From positions 192,001 through 256,000 of the forward strand of contig JAXMNT010000004.1 in NCBI GenBank assembly GCA_034670305.1: DNA of 64,000 nucleotides. Direction: 5' to 3'. This document shows, piece by piece, positions 31,335-43,031 of the stretch. The notes beneath the pieces are model-generated. The model was not told the DNA's origin, searched no databases, and saw only the letters and a program-made list of their open reading frames with translations. The stretch is from Deltaproteobacteria bacterium. GTDB taxonomy: Bacteria > Myxococcota_A > Polyangia > Polyangiales > Houyiibacteriaceae. Made by a program: the position numbers and the translations under genes. Each line of letters opens with the position of its first letter. The stretch's first letter is position 1.

Positions 31335-32453
31335 CTAGAACCCGCGGCGCATCTCGACCTTGTCGCCCACCTCGACCGCGCGCACGCTCCGCGTGATGAG
31401 CAGCGTGGCCGTGCTCGGTCGAACCGACACCACGCGGCCTTCGGCCGTCACTTCGGGCGGGTACTGGTCTTCGTCGGCGCTCGGTGCATCCGGCAACTCC
31501 TGGCCGTAGTCGAGCCCGTCGTCGAGAAGGCCTGTCCGCCATTCGTCTCCGCTTCGGACGATGAAGAACCGGTTGCCGAGCTGGACGCCCGACTCTCCAC
31601 CGATGTTGATGAAGACGATCTGGCTGTCGGAGCTGAGCTGGAGCGGGCGCAGCGTGGCGACCACGTCCCCCTGGATGTCGCGGGCGTTCTCACGCGGCGG
31701 GACGACCTCGAAGCGGCGCGGAATCGGCGCCACTCGGAAGCCGCGCTCGATCGGATCGAGCGCCTCGGTGATGGTCGCCCGGCCGACGCCGCGGTCGCGG
31801 TCGTAGCTTCGCAGGCGGACGGTTCCGAAGATGCGGACGAGCTCCCCGAGTTCTTCTTCGCGTCGTTCGCGCTCTTCCATCTGCCGGAAGATCGTGTACT
31901 CGCGGCCCGGCTGGATCTGCGCGCCCTCTTCGAAACGAATGTAGACCTCATCGAACGCGCTGAGCAGCATGTGCTCTTCGGGCGAACCAATGATGATCCC
32001 CGCGTTCTCGAGCGCGTCGGTGTCGAGGAAGCCCTGGTCGCGAAGCCAGACGGTTCCCGCAGGCGCCCGGGAGGGAGCGCGCACGCTGGTCTGAGGCAGC
32101 TGCGCGAGCTGCGCGCCTTCGGGCCGCAGCCGCAATCGGTCGAGCGGGTAGATCCAGTGGGGGTTCGTGATCTCCGGGTTGTAGGACCACACCCGGGGCC
32201 ACTCGTACGAGTTGCCGTAGAAGCGACCGGTCACACCCCAGAGCGTGTCGCCCCGTCGCACCGTGTAGACGTCGGGAATGAACGCGGCGCGTGAACGGCC
32301 GAGCACGATGCCGCGGCCACTCGAGCGCGCGGCCTCCAGCCCGTAGTCGTCTTGCGCGGTCGCGGGCAGCACGGGCAAAGCCAAGGCCACGACGATCGCG
32401 GCGACTTCCCGCATGCGGGCCGACAAACTTCGGCGGTGGGATCCACGCTTCAT
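31335..32453 (-). CDS. tsaP: LysM protein, TsaP-like (type IV pilus secretin-associated)
   Basis: YTVRRGDTLW..WPRVWSYNPEITNPHWIYP and a C-terminal FlgT-like beta domain; signal peptide. Confidence 0.65.
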   Translation of the reverse strand: MKRGSHRRSLSARMREVAAIVVALALPVLPATAQDDYGLEAARSSGRGIVLGRSRAAFIPDVYTVRRGDTLWGVTGRFYGNSYEWPRVWSYNPEITNPHWIYPLDRLRLRPEGAQLAQLPQTSVRAPSRAPAGTVWLRDQGFLDTDALENAGIIIGSPEEHMLLSAFDEVYIRFEEGAQIQPGREYTIFRQMEERERREEELGELVRIFGTVRLRSYDRDRGVGRATITEALDPIERGFRVAPIPRRFEVVPPRENARDIQGDVVATLRPLQLSSDSQIVFINIGGESGVQLGNRFFIVRSGDEWRTGLLDDGLDYGQELPDAPSADEDQYPPEVTAEGRVVSVRPSTATLLITRSVRAVEVGDKVEMRRGF

Positions 32454-32454
32454 G

Positions 32455-33405
32455 TCACACATCCTCTCTCATCGCGGTGCGTGCGGCCACGCTCTCCGGG
32501 TGTTCTTGCTGGAGCTGCTCGAATGCGCGGTGCGCGGCGGCGGGGTCGCCCATGTGCTGGTGGCACATGCCGATCTTCAACATGGCTTCGGCCACCTTCC
32601 GCCCTTGCGGATGCAACCGGACGTACAGACGAAACGCCGACCGTGCCCGGCGGTACTCACGCTGGATGTAGAGCGACTCGGCCCTCCAGTAGCGTGCGTT
32701 GGCCGCGAGGTGGTGGCTGGGGTGGTCGGTCAGGAAACGATCGAACCCCGCGAGTGCCCGCTCGAAACGCTGTGCCCGCAGTTCCCCGAGCGCCGCCCGG
32801 TAGCTCTCCCGTCCGATGTCGAACGCTGCCCGCGCACGGGGCGCCGGAGCGACCGCGGCCGGGAGCGGCAGAGGCGCGGGCTCGACCTGCGGACTGGTGG
32901 GCAACGGTGCGAGTGCGGGCGCCACCGGCAAACTGGCCCGTGCCCATCCCGATGCTTCGGCCGCCGGTATGGCGCGCACCGGAACGTCCGGCAGCGGCTC
33001 GTCCCGCGTGCCGTAGAGGCGCAAGACCGGCCGGGGCCGCGAGGAGACATCCTCCGTCTCCTCGGGTTCGGCCGGTGTCGGCAAGTTGTCCTCGGGGTCG
33101 TCCCACGCGCCGCCTTCGTCGTCTGCGAAGGACGTGCTCTCCGATCCCGAGGCCGGCGAACCGATCCGCACCGTCTCCCGTGGAAGCGACTCGGCCGACT
33201 GTGCCTGCGCCAGTGCGAGCCTCGTCCGCATCTCGCGCATCTCTTCTTCGTGCGCCTGCCGTTCTGCGCGCAGGGTTGCCAGCTCCGCTTCGTTGGCGCG
33301 TTCAACCGCGGCCTCCGAAGTGACGTCGGCGGCACTGGCCGGCTGCGATGTGGTCTGACCACAGGCCATCGAGAGAAGAAGGGTGACGAATGCGAGCGTT
33401 TTCAC
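32455..33405 (-). CDS. CpoB/YbgF-like TPR lipoprotein
   Basis: SMAC lipobox, short coil, FLTDHPSHHLAANARYWRAE and KVAEAMLKIG TPR motifs. Confidence 0.75.
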   Translation of the reverse strand: MKTLAFVTLLLSMACGQTTSQPASAADVTSEAAVERANEAELATLRAERQAHEEEMREMRTRLALAQAQSAESLPRETVRIGSPASGSESTSFADDEGGAWDDPEDNLPTPAEPEETEDVSSRPRPVLRLYGTRDEPLPDVPVRAIPAAEASGWARASLPVAPALAPLPTSPQVEPAPLPLPAAVAPAPRARAAFDIGRESYRAALGELRAQRFERALAGFDRFLTDHPSHHLAANARYWRAESLYIQREYRRARSAFRLYVRLHPQGRKVAEAMLKIGMCHQHMGDPAAAHRAFEQLQQEHPESVAARTAMREDV

Positions 33406-33674
33406 GGGTCCTCACCTGCATCCTAGAGAGTGCGATCCCAGCGACCAAGAAAGCGACGAACGAACCGGGCCGGCGCGAAGCGAAGTGGGAGAGGAGGCCC
33501 TCGGCGGGCGTTGCGCCGCAGACCGACGGGAACGCGCCCCGCCCCTGGGACAACGAAACGGTGTTGGACAAAGCTTGACCATCCACCCCCGACGGGCAGG
33601 ATCTGAAGAACAGCTCGTTGAGCGCCCGACACTGTGACCCACCCTGCCCACCCACGTTCCTCGAGGCCTGCCTG

Positions 33675-35843
33675 ATGGCAGAGGACGGAGGCGTCTCCCT
33701 CATCCGGGACATCGTGCTGCTCGCGGAGCGGCGCGCGACGGGGGTGCTGGAGATCGACGGTCCCAACGGGGCCGTGCTCCACGTCTACTTCATGGACGGC
33801 TGGCCGGTCTTCGCGGAAGCCGGCACGCTCGGCGACTCTCTCGGGCGCGTGCTGCTGACTGAGGGACTGCTCGACGAGTCGCAGTACGCGGACGTGGTGC
33901 GCATGATGACCGACTCGCTCGTCGACAACGAAGCGATGCGGTTCGGGGAATGCGCGGTCTCCCTTGGCTTCGTGACGCCCGACGAGGTCACACTGGCACT
34001 GGCCCGTCAGGTTCGGCGCAAAATCGTCAGCTGCCTCCAGTGGACGCGGGTCGAGCGCGGGTTCGACCCCGACGTGCGCGCCCTCGGCAAGAGCAACCGG
34101 TACCCCTGCGCACCCAAGCCGCTCCTCGTGGAGGGGATTCGAAAGTTCTTCGACTCGACCCGTCTGCTCCCGGTCCTCGGCCCCCATCTGCAGAAGTACT
34201 TGCTCTTGGAAGGCCGGGCCGACGAGGTCGCGACCAGGTGCGGGTTCTCGGACCGGGAAGAGGCGTGCCTGACGACCATGGATGGCACCGCGACGTTGGC
34301 GGACGTCCTGACCAGCGGAGGCCCCGACGGCCTCTCCGGGGCCGAGACGGCGTTGCTCCTCGGTTCGCTCGTCTTGCTCGAAGAAGTCTCCGTCCACGAC
34401 GCGCCGGCGGCGCGTTCTGACCACCCCACTCCGCAACCGGTGGCCGAGCCCTTCGTCGACATCCTCGAGACCCTGGGCGCCCGCCGCGACACCACCCCAG
34501 CGCCGCCGCCCGCCCTCGCAGAACTCCTGGAGCCCTACGACGCGGCAGCAGCCGACCTCGCCACCCCATCCACCCCTCTCCCAGCCGCGCCCGCCACCAT
34601 CGCCGAACCCCGCCCCCCGACATCCGCGTCGACCGCGGCTTCGGAATCGGCTTCGGAATCGGCTTCGGAATCGGATTCGGAGTCGGCGTCGGAGTCGGCT
34701 TCGGCTTCGGAGTCGGCTTCGGAATCGGCTTCGGCTTCGGCTTCGGCTTCGACTTCGGCTTCGGAATCGGCTTCGGCTTCGGCTTCGGCTTCGGCTTCGG
34801 AGTCGGCTTCGGCTTCGGCCTCCGCTTCGGTATCGGCTTCGGTATCGGAATCGGCTTCGGAATCGGCTTCGGAATCGGCTTCGGAGTCGGCTTCGGCCAC
34901 GGTCGCGCCCCGCCGCCAACTCGCCAAGATCAAGCTCACCGTCTCGGCACGGCGCAAACCGGTGCCCACGGACGCGCCCGCAACCACCGCGCACGACGCC
35001 GATGCCCGTCGTCCGAAGACGGAGGAGTCACAACCCCTCCCTCCTCATCCTCCCCGCCAGCGACTCAATTCGGACTTCGTGGACGCCTTCATCCGGCAGT
35101 TCGGACCCGGGGCCGCCCCGCCCGCGAAACCGGCGCCGGAGCCCGAGGTCGAGGCTCCTTCGACTTCACCGCAGGGTGACGAGGAAGGGGGCTGGGACTG
35201 GGACGACTTCCAAGCGGCCGAGGAGGCGCCACAGGAACCCGCCGAGCCGCGGCCTCGGGTCAAACGCAAGGACACGGCCCTCGCCGCCGCGCGACGACGG
35301 GCCAAACAGCTCGCGAAGATGGCCGCCTCCGCCCGCCCCCGGACGCCGCCTGCCGGGATCCCGGCCCACCAGGGTCCTCCCCAGCGGTCGCGGCGCAAGC
35401 TCCGGCAGTCCCAGATCATCCGGAAGAAGCGCATCCTCGCCGAGAAGGAGTTCCGGACCGCGCGCGCGCACATTCGGCGGGCCGAGTGGCCGGTCGCAGA
35501 GAAGCTGCTCCAGCGCGCGCTCGAGTACGAGCCCGACCAAGTCGAGTACGAGATCCATCTCGTGTGGGTTCAGTTCCGCCTTCGCCCAGAGGACCCGGCC
35601 GCCCGCACACAGTTGGAGTCGGTGGTCGCCCGCGCCTTCGCCCAAGACCGGCGGATGGCGTTCGCCCACTACGTCCAGGGTCAGATCGCGCTGCTCGACG
35701 AGGACGAAGAAGGCGCCTGGAAGGCGTTCCGAAATGCGATGCTGCTCGACCCGGCGTTGCGGGACGCCGAACGCCACTTCCGCCTCATCGACATGCGGAC
35801 CGAGAAGGCGGACTGGAAGAAGAAGCTCCGCAAGAAGAAGTAG
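33675..35843 (+). CDS. DUF4388/PATAN-like N-terminus, low-complexity linker and C-terminal TPR protein
   Basis: [25 protein letters not shown]-domain; Ser-Ala/Ser-Glu insert; TPR-like end. Confidence 0.7.
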   Translation: MAEDGGVSLIRDIVLLAERRATGVLEIDGPNGAVLHVYFMDGWPVFAEAGTLGDSLGRVLLTEGLLDESQYADVVRMMTDSLVDNEAMRFGECAVSLGFVTPDEVTLALARQVRRKIVSCLQWTRVERGFDPDVRALGKSNRYPCAPKPLLVEGIRKFFDSTRLLPVLGPHLQKYLLLEGRADEVATRCGFSDREEACLTTMDGTATLADVLTSGGPDGLSGAETALLLGSLVLLEEVSVHDAPAARSDHPTPQPVAEPFVDILETLGARRDTTPAPPPALAELLEPYDAAAADLATPSTPLPAAPATIAEPRPPTSASTAASESASESASESDSESASESASASESASESASASASASTSASESASASASASASESASASASASVSASVSESASESASESASESASATVAPRRQLAKIKLTVSARRKPVPTDAPATTAHDADARRPKTEESQPLPPHPPRQRLNSDFVDAFIRQFGPGAAPPAKPAPEPEVEAPSTSPQGDEEGGWDWDDFQAAEEAPQEPAEPRPRVKRKDTALAAARRRAKQLAKMAASARPRTPPAGIPAHQGPPQRSRRKLRQSQIIRKKRILAEKEFRTARAHIRRAEWPVAEKLLQRALEYEPDQVEYEIHLVWVQFRLRPEDPAARTQLESVVARAFAQDRRMAFAHYVQGQIALLDEDEEGAWKAFRNAMLLDPALRDAERHFRLIDMRTEKADWKKKLRKKK
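34638..34897. repeat. In-frame hexamer array (TCGGCT/TCGGAA)n encoding SA/SE
   Basis: Direct read. Confidence 0.93.
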
Positions 35844-35850
35844 CGGTGCT

Positions 35851-36804
35851 TCAGGGCGCCATCGCGCCCATCGCCCGGAACTTCGCGTAGCGATCTTCGA
35901 TGCGGGTCGGGGCATCCATCGCGGTGAGGTCCGCGAGATGCCGGGTCAGATGAACCTTGAGGCGCGCCGCCGCGTCGTCGATGTCGCGGTGCGCACCCCC
36001 GACCGGTTCTTCGACGAGCTCGTCCACGATGCCGATGCGCAAGGCATCGCCCGCCAGCAGTTTGAGCTGTTCGGCCGCTTCGGGTGCACGGGCACCGTCT
36101 CGCCACAGGATGGACGCGCAGCCCTCGGGCGTGATGACCGAGTAGGTGGAGTACTGGAGCATCAACACTCGGTTGGCGACCCCGAGCGCGAGCGCACCGC
36201 CGCTGCCGCCCTCCCCGATCACCGTGGCGATGATCGGCACGGGCAGGCGCGACATCACGAGCAACGAATGCCCAATCGCTTCACTCTGCCCACGCTCTTC
36301 GGCTTCGAGCCCAGGGTACGCGCCGGGCGTGTCGATGAACGTCATCACCGGCCGTCCATACCGCGCGGCCAGCTCCATGATTCGACACGACTTCCGGTAC
36401 CCCTCCGGGTGGGCCATGCCGAAGTTGCGCTGGACCTTCTCCTTCGTGGATCGGCCCTTCTGGTGACCGATGACGGCAACGCTCTGCCCGTTGAAGCGGG
36501 CGAAGCCGGCGATCACGGCGGGGTCGTCGGCGAACGCGCGGTCGCCGTGCAGCTCGACGAAATCGTCGAACATGCGGGTCAGATAGTCGCGAAAGTAGGG
36601 ACGGTCCGGGTGGCGGCTGAGCTGAACCTTCTGCCAAACGGTGAGGTCTTCGTAGAGCTCACGCTGCAGCTGCTCGGCCCGATCTTCGAGCTCCTGGATC
36701 TGCTGCACGATCCCATCGTCGTCGTCCAGATCGGAAACCGACTTGAGGTCGCGAATGCGCCGTTCGAGTTCAACGAGCGGCTTCTCGAAATCGAGGTGGG
36801 CCAT
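35851..36804 (-). CDS. accA: Acetyl-CoA carboxylase carboxyltransferase alpha subunit
   Basis: LDFEKP, RHPDRP, ELHGDR, DTPGAYPG, GEGGSGGAL, YSVITPEGCASILW. Confidence 0.97.
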   Translation of the reverse strand: MAHLDFEKPLVELERRIRDLKSVSDLDDDDGIVQQIQELEDRAEQLQRELYEDLTVWQKVQLSRHPDRPYFRDYLTRMFDDFVELHGDRAFADDPAVIAGFARFNGQSVAVIGHQKGRSTKEKVQRNFGMAHPEGYRKSCRIMELAARYGRPVMTFIDTPGAYPGLEAEERGQSEAIGHSLLVMSRLPVPIIATVIGEGGSGGALALGVANRVLMLQYSTYSVITPEGCASILWRDGARAPEAAEQLKLLAGDALRIGIVDELVEEPVGGAHRDIDDAAARLKVHLTRHLADLTAMDAPTRIEDRYAKFRAMGAMAP

Positions 36805-36938
36805 GGTGGGTGGCTACTCCGCGTTTGCTGTCCACGCCACCGCGAACCCCTGATGGTCGGCGAGCGGAAGCGCTTCCGCATCGGATGTTCGGGGGTCGTG
36901 CATTCTCGTGATGTTCCGAAGGGGCCGGGCTACACGGG

Positions 36939-38645
36939 CTACACGGGCCGCGTGCGATCGTCCCACATCGTGGAGGGATCCTTGTGTCCCACGACGTTGA
37001 AGATCTTGAGCGCCTTGGCTTTGCCCTTCACTTCGGCCATCGGAAGTTCTTCGACCTCGAAGTAGTCCCCGACGACCGCGAAGAGCTGCTCGCTGATGAT
37101 GCATTGGCCGGCCTTCGCGACCGAACACAGGCGCGCGCCGGTGTTCACGGTGTCGCCGATGACCGTGTACTCGAGCGCCTTGCTGCTCCCGAGGTACCCA
37201 GCGACGACTTCGCCGGTGTTGATGCCGATACCGATTTCCAGGACCGCCTTGCCCTCTTTGCGACGGGTCTGGTTGAACTCGTTCTCGAGCACGTCGAGCA
37301 TCTTCAGCGCGGTGCGCACCGCTCGGACCGCGTCGTCGGGATGGGCCACCGGCGAACCGAAGAGCGCCATGATCTCGTCCCCGACGAACTTGTCGAGCGT
37401 GCCTTCGTTCTCGAAGATGATCTCCACCATCAGCTCGAAGTAGTCGTTCAGCATGTCGACGACTTCCTGCGCTGGCATGCTCTCGCTCATCGAGGTGAAG
37501 CCGCGAATGTCGCTGAAGAGCACGGTCGTCTCGCGAAGTTCGCCGCCCTTCTTGACCTCGACCTTGCCGCTGATGACCTGCTCCGCAATCGCGGGCGAGA
37601 GAAGTCGCTGGAAGCGCTCCCGGGTGATCGCCTCGTGCTGCAACTGCCGTGCGAAGAGGGAGTTCTGCACCGCGATCGCGGCCTGGTTCGCGACGTTCTG
37701 AAACAGCTGCAAGTCCTTCTCGGTGAAGGCGTTCGCAGCGATCTGCGAGTCGAGCAGCATGATGCCGAACACGTCCTCGCCATGGAGAAGCGGCACCGCC
37801 ATCGAACTGCGGATGCCTTGCATGATGATCGAGTGGGCCCCCTGAAAGCGGGAGTCCACCGATGCATCGCTCGAGAGCACGGCGGCTTTGTCGCGCAGCA
37901 CTTCTTCGATGATCGTCGTGGAGAGCACGACGTCCTCGTCGACCTTCGCGGCCTTCGTGCGCACGCAGCGCGGCTGGAGCTCCTTCTCCGCGTCGTAGAG
38001 CAACACCACACCGCGGTCGGCGGGCAAGATGGAGAACGCCGCGTCGAGGATCTTCTCGAGCAACCGGTCGACGTCCAGCTCCATGCCGATCGCCTGCATC
38101 AGTTCGTAGCTGGCCCGCAGCTTCTCGTAGTCGCGTCGGAGCGCGTCGTTGTCCTGGACGAGCCGCTCGGGCAGGAAGTTCTGCTCCAAGAGCGGCGCGA
38201 GCTTGGTCCGGATGTGGCTCTCCACCATGCCCGGCGCGATCGTCACCTTGGAGGTGGGGGGCGGCAGGCCCCCGACCGTCGCTGCCACGCCGCCGACGGG
38301 GGCGACTGGAGCCACGGCCCCCGCGGGTTCCGCCAGATCCGGATGGCCGACGCCCAGAATCGTCGAATCGTCCTGGAAGATGATGCGCGTGGATCCGAGG
38401 GTGATCTCGTCTCCGTTGTTGAGCACCTTGTCGCCGACCCGCTCGCCGTTGATGAACGTTCCGTTCAACGAGCCCAGGTCGCGAAGCACGTAGCGGCCAT
38501 CGACGAGGTCGATGTGGCAGTGCTCCTTCGACACGATCCGATCCAGCACCTGATGGGTGTTGTTCGGGTGCCGTCCCAGGGTGTTGTGGACCCCGAGCTC
38601 GCGTTCCTGACGGCCGTCGGGGCCAATGATGGTGATCCGGGCCAT
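36939..38645 (-). CDS. FHA-GAF class III adenylate cyclase
   Basis: FHA (LGRH, VSKEH, SLNGT); [32 protein letters not shown] (Lys/Thr specificity residues point to ATP). Confidence 0.92.
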   Translation of the reverse strand: MARITIIGPDGRQERELGVHNTLGRHPNNTHQVLDRIVSKEHCHIDLVDGRYVLRDLGSLNGTFINGERVGDKVLNNGDEITLGSTRIIFQDDSTILGVGHPDLAEPAGAVAPVAPVGGVAATVGGLPPPTSKVTIAPGMVESHIRTKLAPLLEQNFLPERLVQDNDALRRDYEKLRASYELMQAIGMELDVDRLLEKILDAAFSILPADRGVVLLYDAEKELQPRCVRTKAAKVDEDVVLSTTIIEEVLRDKAAVLSSDASVDSRFQGAHSIIMQGIRSSMAVPLLHGEDVFGIMLLDSQIAANAFTEKDLQLFQNVANQAAIAVQNSLFARQLQHEAITRERFQRLLSPAIAEQVISGKVEVKKGGELRETTVLFSDIRGFTSMSESMPAQEVVDMLNDYFELMVEIIFENEGTLDKFVGDEIMALFGSPVAHPDDAVRAVRTALKMLDVLENEFNQTRRKEGKAVLEIGIGINTGEVVAGYLGSSKALEYTVIGDTVNTGARLCSVAKAGQCIISEQLFAVVGDYFEVEELPMAEVKGKAKALKIFNVVGHKDPSTMWDDRTRPV

Positions 38646-38753
38646 AGGGTGCGGAGCGAGCCCGATGCTAACGAGACCCCGCGGGGGAGTAAAGCTCGGT
38701 TTTGGGAAGTTCAGGCCCCTGGGCCGCCTTGCCCGGGCGGATGCGCAGGACCC

Positions 38754-38781
38754 TCGACTTTGCCGGGGACGATGCTACCTT
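38754..38781 (+). promoter_or_regulatory. Putative promoter for rpoZ
   Basis: TCGACT-N16-TACCTT with TGn extended -10. Confidence 0.35.
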
Positions 38782-38846
38782 CCGCCGCCCCTTCTTCTTC
38801 ACGGCCGCCGACCTCGGCGCCGGAACCTGGACTGGATCAAGATCTC

Positions 38847-39089
38847 ATGGCTCGCGTTACCGTCGAAGACTGCCTCGAACACGAAGAGAACCGCTTTGCA
38901 CTCGTGGTGCTTGCCGGTCGCCGGACCCGTCAGCTCATGAAGGGCGCGCCCGCACTCGTCGCGAGCAAGAACCGCGCAGCGGTCACCGCACTTCGCGAGA
39001 TCGCAGCCCAGACCGTCCGGTACAACCGACCGGTCAAAGAAGCGGTCGAAGAGTTCATCGTCGAGACGAAGAACGCCGAGATCCGCTAG
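38847..39089 (+). CDS. rpoZ: RNA polymerase omega subunit
   Basis: [34 protein letters not shown]. Confidence 0.96.
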   Translation: MARVTVEDCLEHEENRFALVVLAGRRTRQLMKGAPALVASKNRAAVTALREIAAQTVRYNRPVKEAVEEFIVETKNAEIR

Positions 39090-39838
39090 CTCCCCGCGAA
39101 CGCGCGGCTGAGCTTCTGGGTCTGTCCGAGGCGGTAGAAGCGTCGTAGCTCGCGCACCAGGCCGGTCTGATCGCCGGGCACTACGAACGTGTGCTCGAGC
39201 CACGCGGTGTAGCGGGCCGCCGCACGGTTCGCGAGGCGGTACCGGTGGCCCTGCTCGGTGCCCGGTTCGTCGAGAAACGCCGGGTCCGCGAAGAGCGACG
39301 CACGCAACCGGCGACTTCGGTCGAGCTGGGCCAGCTGGTCGCGTGCGCGGATGAGACCGACGCCCCAGCCGGAGAGCTGGGCCTCCGTGTCGAGCAGCGC
39401 TGCGTCGAGCAGCGCGGTCGCGTACTTGTCGACCTCCGCTTGGAGTTCGAGTTCGAGCTGGGTGACCGAGTCCGCGTTCTCGGCCCGGAACAGCAGATAG
39501 ACGAAGTGGCTCACGCCTTCGGTCGCCAGGAGCCATCCGGCTTGGTCGCCCTGCCGCATCGCTTCGATCGCGGCTTCGCAGACGAAGAGTCCGACCGCGA
39601 TGTCGTTGCCCTGCTCTTGGACGAGCAGGACTTCGCCGCGCGCGACGCCATCGCCCACCGCCGCTTGGGTCTCCTCGTGCGTGCACAGAAAAGGAGCCAC
39701 CTCGGGCGCGTCGAGGTCGTAGAGGCGCGAGAGGTTCTCACGGATGGTCTCGAGTTCCGGGACCACCATCTCGTCGAAGGTCTCCGGCTCAGGACTGGTT
39801 TCGAGCTCCGGAGCCGGCGTCTGGTCCGTGGTCTCCAC
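39086..39838 (-). CDS. Hypothetical protein with degenerate zincin-like motifs
   Basis: EGVSHF and [12 protein letters not shown] motifs; start abuts the upstream stop with no gap. Confidence 0.75.
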   Translation of the reverse strand: METTDQTPAPELETSPEPETFDEMVVPELETIRENLSRLYDLDAPEVAPFLCTHEETQAAVGDGVARGEVLLVQEQGNDIAVGLFVCEAAIEAMRQGDQAGWLLATEGVSHFVYLLFRAENADSVTQLELELQAEVDKYATALLDAALLDTEAQLSGWGVGLIRARDQLAQLDRSRRLRASLFADPAFLDEPGTEQGHRYRLANRAAARYTAWLEHTFVVPGDQTGLVRELRRFYRLGQTQKLSRAFAGS

Positions 39839-40405
39839 TCAGTGCACGTCGTCCTTCGGGATCTGCGGGAACACGCCGGCGGCATGCAGCCGTGCTGCCA
39901 AGCGCGGACTGCGGGTTCGTCGCCAGCGGTCGTAGAGCCGGACGATGTCTTGAGGCGTTCGGAGGACCGTGGATTCACGGACTTCCTCGAGAACCTTCGA
40001 GTAGTCGTCGAACCGTGCGCCCAGCTGATGGTAGACGTCCGCCCGTTGGCCACAGAGTTCGCTGGCCGCGCAGTAGGCGCGGGCGCCGAGCTCCACGTAG
40101 TAGTCGTGGCTCAGTCCGCGCTTCTGTAGATGTTCGGCGAAGAACCCACTCGTGTAGAGCGCCGCATCCCCGGCCTCGCGGTAACTGCGCAGACGCTCCC
40201 GCCGATCCCGTGCCTCGATGGCGGCCTGGAGCCGGTGGACCAGGGGCTGGTCGGGTGTGGCGACCGCCCCCTTCTGACCGGCGGCCAGAAGTTCGACGAG
40301 GTAGTGCTCGGTGTGCGGTTCGGCGACCACTCCGAGCTCGCTCAGCGCGGTGCTGAGACGTTCCTGAAAGTAGCCGCGGGCGTCAGAGATGGACTCGATG
40401 GGCAT
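39839..40405 (-). CDS. Hypothetical helical protein, divergent from groES
   Basis: Clean 188-aa ORF; YLVELL, GDAALYTSGFF, YYVELGARAY motifs. Confidence 0.75.
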   Translation of the reverse strand: MPIESISDARGYFQERLSTALSELGVVAEPHTEHYLVELLAAGQKGAVATPDQPLVHRLQAAIEARDRRERLRSYREAGDAALYTSGFFAEHLQKRGLSHDYYVELGARAYCAASELCGQRADVYHQLGARFDDYSKVLEEVRESTVLRTPQDIVRLYDRWRRTRSPRLAARLHAAGVFPQIPKDDVH

Positions 40406-40411
40406 ACCCCC

Positions 40412-40439
40412 AACCTACATATCGTGAGCACCGTCACAA
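40412..40439 (-). promoter_or_regulatory. Putative sigma70 promoter for the divergent pair (leaderless)
   Basis: Minus strand TTGTGA-N16-TAGGTT, ending 6 nt before ATG 40405. Confidence 0.45.
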
Positions 40440-40520
40440 GAATTAGGTGAAGCGAAATTCCGGCGCGCCCGAAGGCCTCGCCGGTGGGATCAGCCGTGGC
40501 ACCTGCGGCACAGGGGGTCT

Positions 40521-40547
40521 TTGGCACTCGGGAGCGCTGAGTGCCAA
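40521..40547. promoter_or_regulatory. CIRCE element 1 (HrcA operator)
   Basis: TTGGCACTC-N9-GAGTGCCAA perfect inverted repeat. Confidence 0.9.
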
Positions 40548-40600
40548 AGCCGCGAAACCATTGGAGGTGAGCAGGCTCACAAGCGCTGCGCCCCCCCCGA

Positions 40601-40628
40601 TTGACTCCCCGCCGAGGGCGTTTAGGTT
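40601..40628 (+). promoter_or_regulatory. Putative groESL promoter
   Basis: TTGACT-N16-TAGGTT just upstream of CIRCE 2. Confidence 0.6.
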
Positions 40629-40639
40629 CCGCTCCGATG

Positions 40640-40666
40640 TCAGCACTCTCGGGGGACGAGTGCCAA
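40640..40666. promoter_or_regulatory. CIRCE element 2 (HrcA operator)
   Basis: TCAGCACTC-N9-GAGTGCCAA. Confidence 0.88.
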
Positions 40667-40757
40667 CAAACGACCGCGGGCGACCTACCCGCACCACCCG
40701 TTCCCCGTTCGTGCCGGATTTTTGGGCTCGCGCCCAGCAAACCTCAAGGAGAGTCAC

Positions 40758-41048
40758 ATGGCGATCAAACCACTCGGCGATCGCGTGCTCGTGAAGCGCG
40801 TCGCAGAAGAAGAGACCACCAAAGGCGGAATCATCATTCCTGATACCGCCAAAGAGAAGCCCATCGAGGGCAAAGTGATCGCAGTCGGAGCCGGCAAGCG
40901 CGGCGACGATGGCAAGCGCATCGCCGTCGACGTCAAGAAGGGCGACCGCGTCCTCTTCGGCAAGTACGCGGGCACCGAAGTCAAGATCGATGGCGAGGAG
41001 CACGTCGTGCTCCGCGAAGACGACATCGTCGGCATCGTCACCAAGTAA
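40758..41048 (+). CDS. groES: Co-chaperonin GroES
   Basis: [38 protein letters not shown] ribosome-binding site. Confidence 0.98.
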   Translation: MAIKPLGDRVLVKRVAEEETTKGGIIIPDTAKEKPIEGKVIAVGAGKRGDDGKRIAVDVKKGDRVLFGKYAGTEVKIDGEEHVVLREDDIVGIVTK

Positions 41049-41074
41049 CTCACAGGAACAACGGAGAAATTACG

Positions 41075-42715
<1,641 letters not shown>

Positions 42716-42737
42716 GGTCCACCCCGACTGAATGAAG

Positions 42738-42769
42738 AAGCCGGTCCGCAAGGGCCGGCTTTTTCTTTT
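42738..42769 (+). terminator. Rho-independent terminator of groESL, possibly bidirectional
   Basis: AAGCCGGTCC-GCAA-GGGCCGGCTT followed by TTTCTTTT. Confidence 0.85.
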
Positions 42770-42773
42770 CCGT

Positions 42774-43010
42774 CCGGCTTCGGCATCGGCGTCGGGCTTC
42801 GGCTTCGGCATCGGCATCGGCCTCGGCCTCGGCATCGGCATCGGCTTCGGCATCGGCATCGGCATCGGCATCGGCTTCGGCATCGGCTTCGGCATCGGCT
42901 TCGGCGTCGGCTTCGGCGTCGGCTTCGGCGTCGGCATCGGCTTCGGCGTCGGCATCGGCCTCGGCTTCGGCGTCGGAGTCGGCTTCAGCGACAGCCTCGG
43001 CGTCGGTTTC
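42774..43010. repeat. Intergenic hexamer array (TCGGCN)n
   Basis: Direct read; lies between the groEL terminator and a convergent stop. Confidence 0.93.
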
Positions 43011-43031
43011 AGCTCTCGGCGTTGGCCCCGC

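Noticed and set aside
36926-36947. 9-bp direct repeat CGGGCTACA as a target-site duplication
   Set aside because: The copies are adjacent with no element between them; simple slippage is sufficient.
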